Shown one piece after another: positions 25,602-36,230 of a DNA stretch of 64,000 bases; position 1 is the stretch's first letter, and every line of letters starts with the position of its first letter. The notes beneath the pieces are model-generated. The model did no database searches and was not told the origin of the DNA. It was given only the letters and a program-made list of their open reading frames with translations. The position numbers and the translations under genes were made by a program. This stretch comes from Candidatus Sulfotelmatobacter sp. (GTDB lineage Bacteria; Acidobacteriota; Terriglobia; Terriglobales; Acidobacteriaceae): NCBI GenBank assembly GCA_049673585.1, contig JBATXV010000011.1, positions 2,547-66,546 of the forward strand, given 5' to 3'.

Positions 25602-26132
25602 CTACTTATTCCTCGCGCGCGTCTTTTTGCGCGCTTCCGTCGTCCGCGTCTTCTTCGGACTACTTCGCTTCTCCAGCAAGACAACCACATGCGCGACCGC
25701 CGCTTGATCCAAATGCAATCCCTCCGGAGTCTTCGCTTTCAAGCCGACACAATCGGCGTGCACTCCCAGCAATGTCGCCACACGCATTCGAATTGCAGCC
25801 GCGTGCGGACCAATTTTAGGAGCAGTCAAAATCAAGCTGGCGTCAATGTTTGACACGCCGTATCCCGCATCGTGCACGCGTTTCAGCGCCTCGCGCAGGA
25901 AGACCACCGAGTCCGCGCCTTTCCATTTCGGATCTGAGGGAGGAAACAGCGCACCAATGTCGGGCGCAGCTACCGCGCCGAGCAGCGCGTCAGTAATGGC
26001 GTGCAGCAGCACATCGCCATCGGAATGCCCGCCCAGCCCCCGGTCATGAGCCAGAGCGATGCTGCCAATCTTCAGCGGAATTCCCGCGCGAAATTCGTGC
26101 GAATCAAACCCGTAGCCGATTCTCAAGATCAA
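25602..26132 (-). CDS. ispF: 2-C-methyl-D-erythritol 2,4-cyclodiphosphate synthase with basic C-terminal tail
   Basis: IGYGFDSHEF ... GHSDGDVLLHAITDALLGA. TTG start. The last roughly 20 aa are K/R-rich. Confidence 0.93.
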   Translation of the reverse strand: MILRIGYGFDSHEFRAGIPLKIGSIALAHDRGLGGHSDGDVLLHAITDALLGAVAAPDIGALFPPSDPKWKGADSVVFLREALKRVHDAGYGVSNIDASLILTAPKIGPHAAAIRMRVATLLGVHADCVGLKAKTPEGLHLDQAAVAHVVVLLEKRSSPKKTRTTEARKKTRARNK

Positions 26133-26169
26133 CCTCTGGATCGCCGAAGATTCGCGCGATGAAAGTCTT

Positions 26170-26907
26170 TCACTTTTTTAAGTAGAACTCCGCCAGTTCC
26201 ATATCCGCCGGGGCTGTGATCTTGATGTTCCGCGGTGAGCCCCTCACCACGGCCACTTCGTGGCCTGATCGTTCGACCAGCGACGCTTCGTCGGTGCCGA
26301 GGAAACCGTCGGCTGACGCCTCATCGAACGCCTTCTTGATCACGCTGTAACGAAAGCCTTGCGGCGTCTGCGCCAACACTATGCCGGCGCGCGGAATCGT
26401 TGCTTTGATCAGCGCGCCACTGGCTGTGCGTTCGACCTGCTTCACAGTATCGACCGCGGGCAGCGCGGCAATCGCCGCACCACATTTCTCTGCCGCATCA
26501 ATCACTTGTTGAATAATCTCGCCGGTCACAAACGGGCGCACCGCGTCGTGCACGAGAACAATATCATCGTCATGCGCCGCTGCTGCAACCGCGTTCAGCG
26601 CGTTCTCCACCGATTGCTGGCGATGCTCGCCGCCGATGACCAGCTCTACTTTTTTCTTCAAGACGCCTTTGTCATTCGCCAGCCGCGCACGGAACCCAGC
26701 AATCTCGTTTTCTCGCAAAGCTATCCAAATCTCGCTCACCTTCTCGACCGCGGCAAACTTGCGCAGCGTGTGGATGAGAATTGGCGTGCCGCCTAACTCA
26801 GTGAACTGCTTCGAAGGAGGAGCCTTCCTCTTGCCCTTAGCGCCGACGGGCATGGGGGCCATGCGGGTTCCAAGCCCCGCAGCCGGAATGATCACGATCA
26901 CCTTCAT
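26170..26907 (-). CDS. ispD: 2-C-methyl-D-erythritol 4-phosphate cytidylyltransferase
   Basis: VIIPAAGLGTRM ... VLVHDAVRPF. Confidence 0.93.
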   Translation of the reverse strand: MKVIVIIPAAGLGTRMAPMPVGAKGKRKAPPSKQFTELGGTPILIHTLRKFAAVEKVSEIWIALRENEIAGFRARLANDKGVLKKKVELVIGGEHRQQSVENALNAVAAAAHDDDIVLVHDAVRPFVTGEIIQQVIDAAEKCGAAIAALPAVDTVKQVERTASGALIKATIPRAGIVLAQTPQGFRYSVIKKAFDEASADGFLGTDEASLVERSGHEVAVVRGSPRNIKITAPADMELAEFYLKK

Positions 26908-27080
26908 AGCGGGGAGTAAGTATACGGGCGCGCGACCGGGAGTTCAAATCGAGAAGCGATCCAACGCCGGACACGCCGAGATCGCCGAGAAAACTCCCTG
27001 AGGTTTTAGTTAGACTTCCGTCGGCGACCTCTGTGTGCCTGGAGGTGAAGAGATTTTTCGACCTGCGAGACTTGTTATTT

Positions 27081-27479
27081 CTACTTGGCCGGCTCCCACA
27101 GCTCGATCCGGTTTCCATCTGGATCCGTGATCCATGCGAAGCGGCCATAATCGGCATCTTCGCGGTGTGGATCGATCTGCACTCCTGCCTGCTTTAGTTC
27201 TTCCAGCAAGGCATCGAGATCATCGACGCGGTAGTTCAGCATGAAGCCGCCTTTGCTGGCGCCGAAATGCTTTGTACTGCTGGGAAATATCGACCACGCT
27301 GTGACCCCCTCAGCGCCGGGCTGGTTGCCGGCGGCGTCTTTCAACTCGCGCCACTCGAATGAGGCGCCTTGCCCATGCGCATCGCGCTGGATGCCCAGAT
27401 TTTTCTCATACCACTGATAAAGCTGCTCGGGATTGTCCGACTTGAAGAAGACTCCGCCGATTCCAGTTACGCGTTTCAT
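27081..27479 (-). CDS. VOC (glyoxalase/bleomycin-resistance) family protein
   Basis: 132 aa from MKRVTGIGGVFFKSDNPEQL ... FAWITDPDGNRIELWE. Confidence 0.8.
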   Translation of the reverse strand: MKRVTGIGGVFFKSDNPEQLYQWYEKNLGIQRDAHGQGASFEWRELKDAAGNQPGAEGVTAWSIFPSSTKHFGASKGGFMLNYRVDDLDALLEELKQAGVQIDPHREDADYGRFAWITDPDGNRIELWEPAK

Positions 27480-27490
27480 GGTCAAGATCC

Positions 27491-28588
27491 TTAAGACTGA
27501 GGTTTGGTTTCTACCAATGTGTTCGGGATCACCGCCGCAGGCCCCGGTGCGCTTGGGATTGCCGGCACTACGGGCTGGGCCACGCCGCTGGTGCGGGCGA
27601 AAGCGCGTTCGTCCCACTTGCCAAAGATCATCTTCCCCGCTGTCGTCTGCAGCACGGAAGTGACCGAGACGTCGATGGTTTTGCCGATCATCTTCCGGGC
27701 GTTGTCAACGACCACCATGGTGCCGTCATCGAGATAGGCGACGCCCTGGTTATATTCCTTGCCTTCTTTCAGGATGAATACCTTCATGATCTCGCCCGGC
27801 AGCACGATGGGCTTGAGCGAGTTCGCCAGCTCGTTGATGTTCAGCACTTCGACACCCTGCAGCTGCGCCACTTTGTTCAGGTTGAAGTCGTTGGTGATGA
27901 TCTTGCCTTCGTAGACTTTGGCCAGTTCGATCAACTTGAGATCAACTTCGCGGACGGCGGGGAAATCGTCTTCCACGATCTGGATCTGCAGCGTAGCCAT
28001 TTTCTGCAGGCGCTGCAGAACGTCCAGACCACGGCGGCCGCGGTTACGCTTGAGCGAGTCGGCCGAATCGGCTACGAGTTGCAGCTCGCGCAACACGAAT
28101 TGCGGCGTGACGATGATGCCGTCGAGGAAGCCGGTCTCGGCTATGTCGGCGATGCGGCCGTCGATGATGACGCTGGTGTCGAGAATCTTGTAGCTTTTCT
28201 TGCCTTGCTTCTCGCCGCCAAAGATTCCGCCCAAAGCAGCTAAGTTCAGCAAATCACCTTTGCTGGCGCCCACGATCAGACCCACGTAGGCCATCAGCAG
28301 CATCACCAGGATCTGCAGGAAGCTCTGGGTATTGCCCGCGGGCACGCTGCTGCGAATGACCAAGGCAAACAGGTAGGCGCCGCAGATGCCGAGGAGGCTC
28401 CCAATGGCCGCGCCGATCAGCCGCTTCAGGCTGACCGCGCGCAGCTTCCATTCGAACAGGATGATACCCGCGCCTACCAGCGCGCCGATTCCGGCATCCA
28501 GATTGCGCGGCAAGCCGAAAGGAGCGATAACGTAGCAGGTGACGGCAACTACGATGACAAAAAGAAGACGTACCAGAATCAAATCCAC
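27491..28588 (-). CDS. PIN/TRAM-domain membrane protein (YacL-like)
   Basis: Four N-terminal TM helices, a PIN domain ([12 protein letters not shown]) and a C-terminal TRAM-like beta domain. Its position upstream of ispD-ispF matches Bacillus yacL. Confidence 0.85.
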   Translation of the reverse strand: MDLILVRLLFVIVVAVTCYVIAPFGLPRNLDAGIGALVGAGIILFEWKLRAVSLKRLIGAAIGSLLGICGAYLFALVIRSSVPAGNTQSFLQILVMLLMAYVGLIVGASKGDLLNLAALGGIFGGEKQGKKSYKILDTSVIIDGRIADIAETGFLDGIIVTPQFVLRELQLVADSADSLKRNRGRRGLDVLQRLQKMATLQIQIVEDDFPAVREVDLKLIELAKVYEGKIITNDFNLNKVAQLQGVEVLNINELANSLKPIVLPGEIMKVFILKEGKEYNQGVAYLDDGTMVVVDNARKMIGKTIDVSVTSVLQTTAGKMIFGKWDERAFARTSGVAQPVVPAIPSAPGPAAVIPNTLVETKPQS

Positions 28589-28958
28589 AATATGACCTCC
28601 CCCGGATGCAGCTTCGCTACATATCTGGCGCGATGCACCGGTGCCAGTTCCTCGCCGCCCCGGGCGGGAATCGGCAAATCAGCATGCGGGGCGCGCAGGA
28701 ATTAGGGGAATGAATGTACGCCCCGTCCCGGCCCTTGGAGGCGCAGCCGGGAAACCTCGTTAAACCTACGCCGAGAGTATATACCTGGGGGCAAATAGCT
28801 GGCTTAGAAACGCCAGGGCGAGCGGTGGCGGGAGGGTTCTTCGGCAGAGCCCAGTGCCGAGCCCGCGTAAAGTATTGTCATTCACGATTGCTGCACGCAA
28901 CTTATGCGCGCAACCAGGGCTTTGTATTATGTGACCCGAAAACAGGAATGAGAAAACT

Positions 28959-29297
28959 ATGAAAAAGATTGCACTGGCCGTTCTGCTGCTGTTTTCCGCG
29001 TTGACATGGGCGGGGTCGGAACCCAACCCGGCCGCCTACACCATCAACGTCCACGTCAGTTCGTCGCATGTTAACAGCCGGGGGGCGATTCGGCTGAAGG
29101 TCCTTCTCGATGGGAAAAAATGTGAACTGGAGGGCATCGATGTTGAGAACTCTCTATTGATGCCCGGCGACTACAAGGCCAGGACGTTGCCGCCCAAAGT
29201 GAAAGATGTTCACACTTACGACGTTTATGGAAGCTACGAGATCATCTTCCCTGATAAGAAAACACGGAGGTACTCTCTTGTCGGCATCACGGAGTAA
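28959..29297 (+). CDS. small secreted protein, hypothetical
   Basis: 112 aa with signal peptide MKKIALAVLLLFSALTWAG and an AGGA-type SD. Confidence 0.5.
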   Translation: MKKIALAVLLLFSALTWAGSEPNPAAYTINVHVSSSHVNSRGAIRLKVLLDGKKCELEGIDVENSLLMPGDYKARTLPPKVKDVHTYDVYGSYEIIFPDKKTRRYSLVGITE

Positions 29298-29321
29298 TCG
29301 CTGCGCTGCTAGACTTCCTGC

Positions 29322-30281
29322 ATGAAAGCCTTAGTGATTACCAGCCTCTCGGGGCCGGATGCGCTTGGTATTCAGGATGTCGCAGAACCTGCGCTGAAAA
29401 CGGGACAAACTCTGGTTCGCGTGGCTGCTGGAGGCCTGAATTTTGCTGACTTCATGACCGCGCAAGGCGGCTACCCGGGAACGCCCGCGCCACCGCTGAT
29501 TGCCGGCCGCGAATTCGCCGGCGTGGAAGCGAGCAGCGGACGCCGCGTCATGGGCTACATACAGTGGGGAGCGTTTGCAGAAAGAGTCGCTGCTCATGCG
29601 AACATGCTGTGGCCCGTCCCTGAGCACTGGACTGACGAACAGGGCGCCGCTTTCCCGGTCAATTATTTCACGGCGTACCTCGGCTACTGGCAGGCGGGGA
29701 TGACGGAGGCGCCGGTTGCCGGCAAAACCCATCGCGTGCTGATTCATGCCGTCGCCGGAGGCGTGGGCACCGCGGCGGTGCAGATCGGTCGCATTCTGGG
29801 CGTCGAAATGTACGGGACTTCATCGACTAACGAGAAGCTGGCGCGAGTAAAAGAACTTGGCCTGCAGCATGGCATCAACTACAAGCAGCACGACTACGAA
29901 GAAGTGGTGAAGAACCTGACGCATGGCGAAGGCGTGGACGCGGTGTTCGATATGTTGGGCGGGGAGCACACCGCGAAAAGCCTGCGCTGCCTGCGCGACT
30001 TCGGGCGCGTCATCCAATACGGGACCGCGACCGGCAAGCCTCCACAACTTGATGTGCGGGCTTTGTATGCCAAATCTGCGAGCCTGCAGGGTTTGTGGCT
30101 GACTTATTTATCGCAGAAGCGTGAGGTGATGGAACCGGCTTGGAAGAAACTTTCGGAATGGATCGCGCAACGTAAGCTGGCTCCGGTGATTGGCCAGGTG
30201 TTTCCCCTTGACCGCGCTGTTGAGGCTTATAAGCTGCTGCAGGAAGGCAAGAATTACGGCAAGGTGGTGCTGAAGATTTAG
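29322..30281 (+). CDS. NADPH:quinone oxidoreductase / medium-chain dehydrogenase-reductase family
   Basis: The AAGLNFAD pattern, Rossmann motif HAVAGGVGTAAVQ and C-terminal GKVVLK. Confidence 0.85.
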   Translation: MKALVITSLSGPDALGIQDVAEPALKTGQTLVRVAAGGLNFADFMTAQGGYPGTPAPPLIAGREFAGVEASSGRRVMGYIQWGAFAERVAAHANMLWPVPEHWTDEQGAAFPVNYFTAYLGYWQAGMTEAPVAGKTHRVLIHAVAGGVGTAAVQIGRILGVEMYGTSSTNEKLARVKELGLQHGINYKQHDYEEVVKNLTHGEGVDAVFDMLGGEHTAKSLRCLRDFGRVIQYGTATGKPPQLDVRALYAKSASLQGLWLTYLSQKREVMEPAWKKLSEWIAQRKLAPVIGQVFPLDRAVEAYKLLQEGKNYGKVVLKI

Positions 30282-30311
30282 GAATCGGATCGAAAGAATC
30301 AGGCTCGCGAA

Positions 30312-32921
30312 TCACTCTTTGCCCAGGTACTGAATGCGCCCGTCGAGGGCGCGGCCGTTGCCGTCGATGAAGATGGGAGCCGGCTGGGTGGGCGGATTAA
30401 TGATGCCGTTGGAAAGCAGGGGATCGGGATGATTCGTGATGTTGTCGAACCCGGCGCGTAGCGCCCAGTAGCGCCCGAAGAAGTGGATCCGCTTCTCGAG
30501 CTCCAGGTTTACGGTGTAGTACGTGGGAAAGCGAAAAGTTCCCGGAGGATCGGGTGCGTAAATTTCTCCCGTCTCTAACGTGGCGTTGACGGGCAGGCCG
30601 GTGCGCGCTTCGGCGGAATAAACCAGATCAACTTTGTGGACGATGGGCAGTTTGAAGAACGGCACCACACCGTATCCGACGAAGCGGTTGGGCGTATCCC
30701 AGGGAAACGGGCCGGGCAACTGCTGGCTGAGCACGGGAAGATCCACACTGAAGTCGAAAACCTGGTTGGTGCGCGCGCGGGAGCGGGTGTAGGCGCCGAA
30801 GATTTCATAGCGCTGGCGGAAGCGATGGCGCAGGCTGACGGTGAAAGCGTCGTAGCGGTCGTCGCGCTGGTTTTCGAGGAAGAAGTTTCCGTCTACGGCG
30901 CCGTTCAGGGCATTGTAGGCGAAGCCGTGGACGCCGCGCTTCTGGATGAACTCCAGTTTCAGAAAGATGGCCTGCGGCAGTTTCTTCTCGAAGGCGATGC
31001 TCCAGTTCAGGTAGCGTGGCGCCGCTAACGTGTTGCGGTTGACGACGAAGTTGGTTGGCAAGGGGATTGGCGCGGGTTCCGGGCTCCCTCGCCGATGCGC
31101 GCACTTCACGCTCGTGCCGTCCGCTTCCAGCGGGCATCCGTCCGCATCGAAAAAGTAATCAATCCTCTGTCCGTCCTGGGCTTGGTGAATCAGGCCGAGG
31201 CTGGTGGCGTCGTAGGTAATCCCAATTCCCGCCGAGAGCTTGGTATTGCTTTCGTCATCGAAAATGTAGGTTCCAGCCAGGCGCGGGGAGAAGATCGGCG
31301 TTCGAACGATTTCATCCCAATCGAAACGTACGCCCGGCTCGAGCAGCAGACGATTGGTGATGAGCCAGCGATCCTCGGCGTAGGCGCTGGCTTCGTTGTT
31401 GTAAATCGTGGAATAGTGGCCGCCGGAGAAGATCGAATAGCGTGCACACGTGGGCTCGGGCACGATGGGAAGTCCGCTCGCATCAGTGGGACAGGGCTGC
31501 GGCGGCCCCGATTGCACAAACGAGATCGGCTGGCGCAGGAACTGCGCATCGTAGTTCAGGCGGTCGAGATCGGTGCCCAACTTGATGTCGTGGCGGCCAT
31601 GCCACTCCTGCGGCGGAAGGAACAGGTTCGCCAGGGCCTGCAGCCGGCGGGCGGAAGAGTCCTCGTGCAGATAGTAATTGCCGCCGGTGGCCAGGATGGT
31701 CTCGATGTAGCCGGCATCTCCATGCGGAGTGAGGGTCAGATTGTACTGGTCTCCGCCGATTCCGGTTTCGAGCAGAGCGCCGCCGCGGAAATAGTACTGA
31801 TCTTTGAGCGAGCCGAGGTAGGCGGTTTCGACCTCGCTGGGCGCGGTCGACTGAGGCACTAGAGCCCACATTCCGGCGTTGGGATCGTGAAAGTAATCCG
31901 ACAGGAAACTGGCGGTCAGGATGTTGCGGGTGGTGAGGTTCGATTGCAGCTTGATCAGGTTGTCGATGCGCCAGACGTGGTCAAAGTCGGCGCCAGTGGG
32001 GAGTTGCTTGGTGATGTAGTTGTCGTACTCACCGTCGAGCGCATCGAAAAACCACATCTTTCCCTTGTGAATTGGGCCGGACATGGTGTAGATGGGCGTC
32101 CAGTTTGCGAGCGAGATACCTTTGACATCCTGCGGCGCGGGAATGAAGTCGGTGGCGAGGAAGCGGAAATGATCGTTGCCCATGCGGGTGTTCAAGGCCA
32201 TTACGCCGCCGGAACCTTTGCCGAACTCGGCCGGTTCGCGGCTTGGGGTGACTGCGACGGAGCGGAAGGAATCGATGCTGGTCTGTACCACGAGCGCTCC
32301 GCTGGTGGGCTGGGTCACGTTGAAACCGTCGAGGACGAGTAGAGTCTGGTAGCTCTCGGCGCCGGCTACGTGCGGCTGGCCGTAGGCATCGGGTGTGACT
32401 CCAGGCATGAAGATCAGCGCGTTGCGATAGTCGTGCGGGCCGGGGTAGGGAATGTCGAGAAGTTCCTCACCGCTGAGTTCTTCTTTAGCAGATATTTGCG
32501 CGGGGTCGATGGCAGGCGGGGATTCGACCACGTTCACCACTTCACGCGCCTCGCGCTGACGCGAAAGAGTCACGTCGACATTGGAGGTAAAACCCACTTG
32601 TACGTCGGGTTGAACGGCGGCGTAGAAACCGGTTTTTTCGACGCGCAGTTCGCAGGTTGCGGGGGACAAGTCGGTGAATTCACAGTGCCCGGCGAAATCG
32701 GTGCTGCAGCGCAGTGGGAGAGCGGGCGGAGGCGGTTGCAACTCGACGCGGGCGGCGCTGACGGCCAGTCCATTTTCGTCGGTGACGGTGACGGTGAGCT
32801 TCTGAGCGGCGGTGGGGTGAGTTGAAGAAGGCGATGCGGTCTGCGCTGGTGAATGCATCACGCACAAAGCTTCGAACGCAAACACGAGCACCCATTTCAC
32901 GGTTGCGCTCCGCCCCGGCAT
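30312..32921 (-). CDS. outer-membrane CarboxypepD_reg + TonB-dependent-receptor-like beta-barrel protein
   Basis: Signal peptide, an N-terminal KLTVTVTDENGLAVSAARVEL beta-sandwich, a long beta-barrel-like body and an aromatic-rich C-terminus. Confidence 0.72.
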   Translation of the reverse strand: MPGRSATVKWVLVFAFEALCVMHSPAQTASPSSTHPTAAQKLTVTVTDENGLAVSAARVELQPPPPALPLRCSTDFAGHCEFTDLSPATCELRVEKTGFYAAVQPDVQVGFTSNVDVTLSRQREAREVVNVVESPPAIDPAQISAKEELSGEELLDIPYPGPHDYRNALIFMPGVTPDAYGQPHVAGAESYQTLLVLDGFNVTQPTSGALVVQTSIDSFRSVAVTPSREPAEFGKGSGGVMALNTRMGNDHFRFLATDFIPAPQDVKGISLANWTPIYTMSGPIHKGKMWFFDALDGEYDNYITKQLPTGADFDHVWRIDNLIKLQSNLTTRNILTASFLSDYFHDPNAGMWALVPQSTAPSEVETAYLGSLKDQYYFRGGALLETGIGGDQYNLTLTPHGDAGYIETILATGGNYYLHEDSSARRLQALANLFLPPQEWHGRHDIKLGTDLDRLNYDAQFLRQPISFVQSGPPQPCPTDASGLPIVPEPTCARYSIFSGGHYSTIYNNEASAYAEDRWLITNRLLLEPGVRFDWDEIVRTPIFSPRLAGTYIFDDESNTKLSAGIGITYDATSLGLIHQAQDGQRIDYFFDADGCPLEADGTSVKCAHRRGSPEPAPIPLPTNFVVNRNTLAAPRYLNWSIAFEKKLPQAIFLKLEFIQKRGVHGFAYNALNGAVDGNFFLENQRDDRYDAFTVSLRHRFRQRYEIFGAYTRSRARTNQVFDFSVDLPVLSQQLPGPFPWDTPNRFVGYGVVPFFKLPIVHKVDLVYSAEARTGLPVNATLETGEIYAPDPPGTFRFPTYYTVNLELEKRIHFFGRYWALRAGFDNITNHPDPLLSNGIINPPTQPAPIFIDGNGRALDGRIQYLGKE

Positions 32922-32936
32922 GGTTCGAGTATGGGA

Positions 32937-33410
32937 TCATTCGGGCGGCACGGCAAGCTCTCCTTGGTCACCGTTTGCTTCAACCGCAAAGATCCACTCC
33001 TCGCTCACCAGGAAGTTCAACAACGAGCAGGACGCGACGGCGATGGCGTTCGCGATCAAGTAGTTCATGTGACCTAGGCCGACTAACAGCTTCATCAGCG
33101 CCAGATTGCCGGCGATGGAAACTCCTCCGGTGGCCAGGTTGAAGCGCAACAGCCGCGGCAGCGACTTTTGCCATGACGGGTTCACCCGGTCTGCCCAGGT
33201 ATAGCGTTCGTGCCAGAGAAAATTGTGTATGACCACTGCTTCGACCGACAGCGCCGTCGCCAGCAGATAGTTGAGATGCAATCCGCTCTTCAAGCCGAGC
33301 AACAGAGTGAGCTGGACTGCGATCCCGAGTGCGCCTATGAGATTAAACTTCAACCAGCGGCGAAGGACGCGGAAGCTCGCCCCTGAGTTCTCTCCAGCTG
33401 GGGTTATCAC
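32937..33410 (-). CDS. GtrA-family membrane protein
   Basis: 157 aa with four TM helices, KFNLIGALGIAVQL and the conserved HNFLWHERYTW motif. GTG start overlapping the upstream stop codon (GTGA). Confidence 0.8.
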   Translation of the reverse strand: MITPAGENSGASFRVLRRWLKFNLIGALGIAVQLTLLLGLKSGLHLNYLLATALSVEAVVIHNFLWHERYTWADRVNPSWQKSLPRLLRFNLATGGVSIAGNLALMKLLVGLGHMNYLIANAIAVASCSLLNFLVSEEWIFAVEANGDQGELAVPPE

Positions 33411-34171
33411 TGGGCGATCCTTTCCTCGCGATAAAGCCGTGCGGTGTTTTGTGCGGTGAAGAAGAAGACCATCAGCGCCATTCCAGCCAGGCCGATGGTT
33501 CCACCCAGGTCGAATAGCTTGAAATATCTACCCAGAAAATGCACTTGTGGCTTCCACAGCAGCGCCAGGTTGCCTACGGCGAGCAGGATACGCAGTTCGG
33601 TTGGACCGAAGCGCCAGAATGACAGACGAAATTCGCCGAGCGCGTGAGTCGCCAGATAGGACTGGATTGAGAGCATGAGGAAGGCGACGAGCAGGCCGAT
33701 GGCGGTCGAGGGACTCATGTAACCAGACAAGGCCAGGCCGCCCATCAGCGCTACGGCACCGATGCTGTCGACCATGTGGTCGACATAAAAGCCGTAACGC
33801 GGACGTAACTGTTGCCGCACGCGGGCTAAAGTTCCATCAAGCGAATCTCCCAGCCAGTTCATCGCCAGGCAGGCAGTCACCCCGAGCAGCGCATACCGGT
33901 TCCACGCAGCCAGCATGTAACACGCGCCGGCCCCGAGCTGTGCCGCCAATCCCAACCCGGTGAGATGGTCGGGGCTGATCCATCTCGGCGTGCGCGCGGC
34001 CAGCCAGAGCAGAGCGCGTTTTTCGTGGGCCGCTACCCAGCTTTCCTGCACTCGCCGCATTTCCGGAAACGGCCGCGTTCGTCTCATTTCCAGAAGCACA
34101 CGCGGGTTCACTTGCTCACAAAATTCGGTCATGGTTTGAGGACTGGGGCTTGCTGAGAATCGGGTCGCCAT
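33407..34171 (-). CDS. CDP-alcohol phosphatidyltransferase family protein
   Basis: The signature D-x2-DG-x2-AR ... G-x3-D-x3-D is present as GDSLDGTLARV ... GFYVDHMVDSIG. Confidence 0.85.
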   Translation of the reverse strand: MATRFSASPSPQTMTEFCEQVNPRVLLEMRRTRPFPEMRRVQESWVAAHEKRALLWLAARTPRWISPDHLTGLGLAAQLGAGACYMLAAWNRYALLGVTACLAMNWLGDSLDGTLARVRQQLRPRYGFYVDHMVDSIGAVALMGGLALSGYMSPSTAIGLLVAFLMLSIQSYLATHALGEFRLSFWRFGPTELRILLAVGNLALLWKPQVHFLGRYFKLFDLGGTIGLAGMALMVFFFTAQNTARLYREERIAQ

Positions 34172-34496
34172 GTCTGCCTCCGGGAAGCTACTTTGACTCG
34201 GGCGGCATGCAGCGGCAATGCACAGGGGATCAAATGGAGGTCAACTCGGTGTCAATCGGGAAGTCTTTCATCCAGAGATCGATAGAGTGGGAGGTCATCT
34301 GCCGGGGGCGTTTGCTGGAGCGGCTTTTTCTTCGACACATCGACACGGTCCGCTCCAGTGTCAATAAAGGAACCATCGCAGTGTGATTCGGCGATAAACT
34401 CCGTTGCGGATGTGAGCCTCTGGTAGGCTTTGAAGGAAATTCGCGCCCTGCGCACACCTTGTTCGAAATGACGACAGCGGCATAAACCTGCGGACC

Positions 34497-36131
34497 ATGA
34501 ACAGACTTCTACGGTTCTTCCGCCCTTCGCACCAGCACACGGCTTTCTCGGCCACGCTGCTGCTGATGTCGGCGGTTATGCTGTCGCGGGTGATCGGCTA
34601 CGTCCGCGAGGCGTATATTGCCTACGCTTTTGGCGCCGGTCCGCAGACCGACGCTTACGTCGCGGCCTTCACCCTGCCGGACTGGCTCAACTACATCGTG
34701 GCCGGGGGCGCGGCTTCGATTACATTCATCTCCATCTATACGCGGTTTCTGGCGGAGAAGCGCGAAGCCGATGCGCAGAAAACTTTCTCCATTGTCATCA
34801 CGGTGATGAGCGCGGTGATGATTATCGGGACCGTTCTTACGGAAATCTTTACGCCGCAATTCGTGGGCTGGATGTTTCATGGTTTCTCGCCTGCGCAGAT
34901 GGAGCTTACCGTCCACTTAACTCGCATTCTGTTGCCGGCGCAAATCTTCTTCTATGTCGGTGGGGTTGTCTCGGCCGTCCTGCTGTCGCATCGTTTGTTT
35001 CTTTTCCCCGCCTTCGGGCCGCTGCTCTACAACATATTCATTATTGTTGGCGGGGTGATCGGCGCACGCCACTTTGGGATCGCTTCGCTGGCGTACGGCG
35101 CGCTGGTGGGGAGCATTGTCGGTCCGTTCCTGGCCAGCGTGATCGGAGCGGCGCGGATCGGGACTGGGTATCGTCCCTCGTTCGATGTCACCAATCCTGC
35201 GTTTCGCGAGTGGGTAAAGCTTTCAGTGCCGCTGATGCTTGGCGTTTCGCTGGTGACAGCGGACGATTGGATTTTGCGCCACTACGCCTCGAGCGGCATT
35301 GGCGACATTGCCCGGCTCAACTACGCCAAGCGCCTGTTCGCCGTGCCCATTGCGGTGTTGGGGCAGGCTACGGGACAGGCCTCGCTGCCATTTTTTGCGC
35401 GCCTGTTCAATGAGAAACGTTTGCAGGAATTCGCTACGACGGTAAATGATTCGGTCTACCGCGTCGCCGCCGCATCGTTTCTGGCTACGGGATGGATGAT
35501 GGCCGCCGCCTTCCCGCTGATCGATCTGGTCTACCGCCGCGGAAGGTTCCTGGTCTCTGATACGCAGACCACGGCGGTCTATTTTTTCTGGTTCTCGCTT
35601 TCGCTCGCGCTCTGGTCCGCACAGGGACTTTATGCCCGCGCTTTCTACGCCTCCGGCGACACGCTAACTCCCATGGCCGCGGTGACGGTAATCACAGGCG
35701 CTTCATTGCCGGTGTATTCGCTGCTCTTCCACCGGTACGGAGTAGTTGGGTTGGCCTGGGCTTCCGATATTGGCATTGGAGCGAACCTGCTGGCACTGGC
35801 CTTGCTGCTGAATTACAGAAAACTGGTTTCGCTGAGAACACTGCGCTGGGGTGAGTTGGGAAAATCCGCGTTGACTGCGGTGGTCGCCGGAGGCATCAGT
35901 CTTGAAGTGGCAAAGGGTGTGATCCCAGTCGTCTCGGCTCACGGCAGCCGCATCGCTGACCTGCTGAAGCTAGGATTGGTTTCTGTCACCTGGGCAGCGG
36001 CGGCCGCTGTGGGATTGTGGCTGCTGAAGTCGCAACTGCCCAACGACCTGCGGCGGCGGAAAGCCACGGCGTATCCCGCAGTGGCGGAGGGTCAGAGCAA
36101 GGAAATTTTGGGGTCGGGCACGCAGCCGTAG
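34497..36131 (+). CDS. murJ: lipid II flippase MurJ
   Basis: 544 aa, polytopic, with a MurJ/MviN-type N-terminus (LSRVIGYVREAYIAYAFGAGPQTDAY). Confidence 0.9.
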   Translation: MNRLLRFFRPSHQHTAFSATLLLMSAVMLSRVIGYVREAYIAYAFGAGPQTDAYVAAFTLPDWLNYIVAGGAASITFISIYTRFLAEKREADAQKTFSIVITVMSAVMIIGTVLTEIFTPQFVGWMFHGFSPAQMELTVHLTRILLPAQIFFYVGGVVSAVLLSHRLFLFPAFGPLLYNIFIIVGGVIGARHFGIASLAYGALVGSIVGPFLASVIGAARIGTGYRPSFDVTNPAFREWVKLSVPLMLGVSLVTADDWILRHYASSGIGDIARLNYAKRLFAVPIAVLGQATGQASLPFFARLFNEKRLQEFATTVNDSVYRVAAASFLATGWMMAAAFPLIDLVYRRGRFLVSDTQTTAVYFFWFSLSLALWSAQGLYARAFYASGDTLTPMAAVTVITGASLPVYSLLFHRYGVVGLAWASDIGIGANLLALALLLNYRKLVSLRTLRWGELGKSALTAVVAGGISLEVAKGVIPVVSAHGSRIADLLKLGLVSVTWAAAAAVGLWLLKSQLPNDLRRRKATAYPAVAEGQSKEILGSGTQP

Positions 36132-36148
36132 ATCGTTGAGAGAAACAG

Positions 36149-36221
36149 AGCGGCGGACATTCGCGCGTTCTGCGAATTCCGCCGCTGATCTTTTTCTTAA
36201 AACTCGGAGGCGATGCGCCTC
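36149..36221. terminator. bidirectional terminator region between murJ and the bactofilin gene
   Basis: AGCGGCGGACATTCGC-gcgttct-GCGAATTCCGCCGCT (36149-36186) is followed by CTTTTTCTT. A second small hairpin GAGGC-gatgc-GCCTC (36207-36221) is followed by a T-rich run on the minus strand. Confidence 0.6.
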
Positions 36222-36230
36222 TACCAAAAC

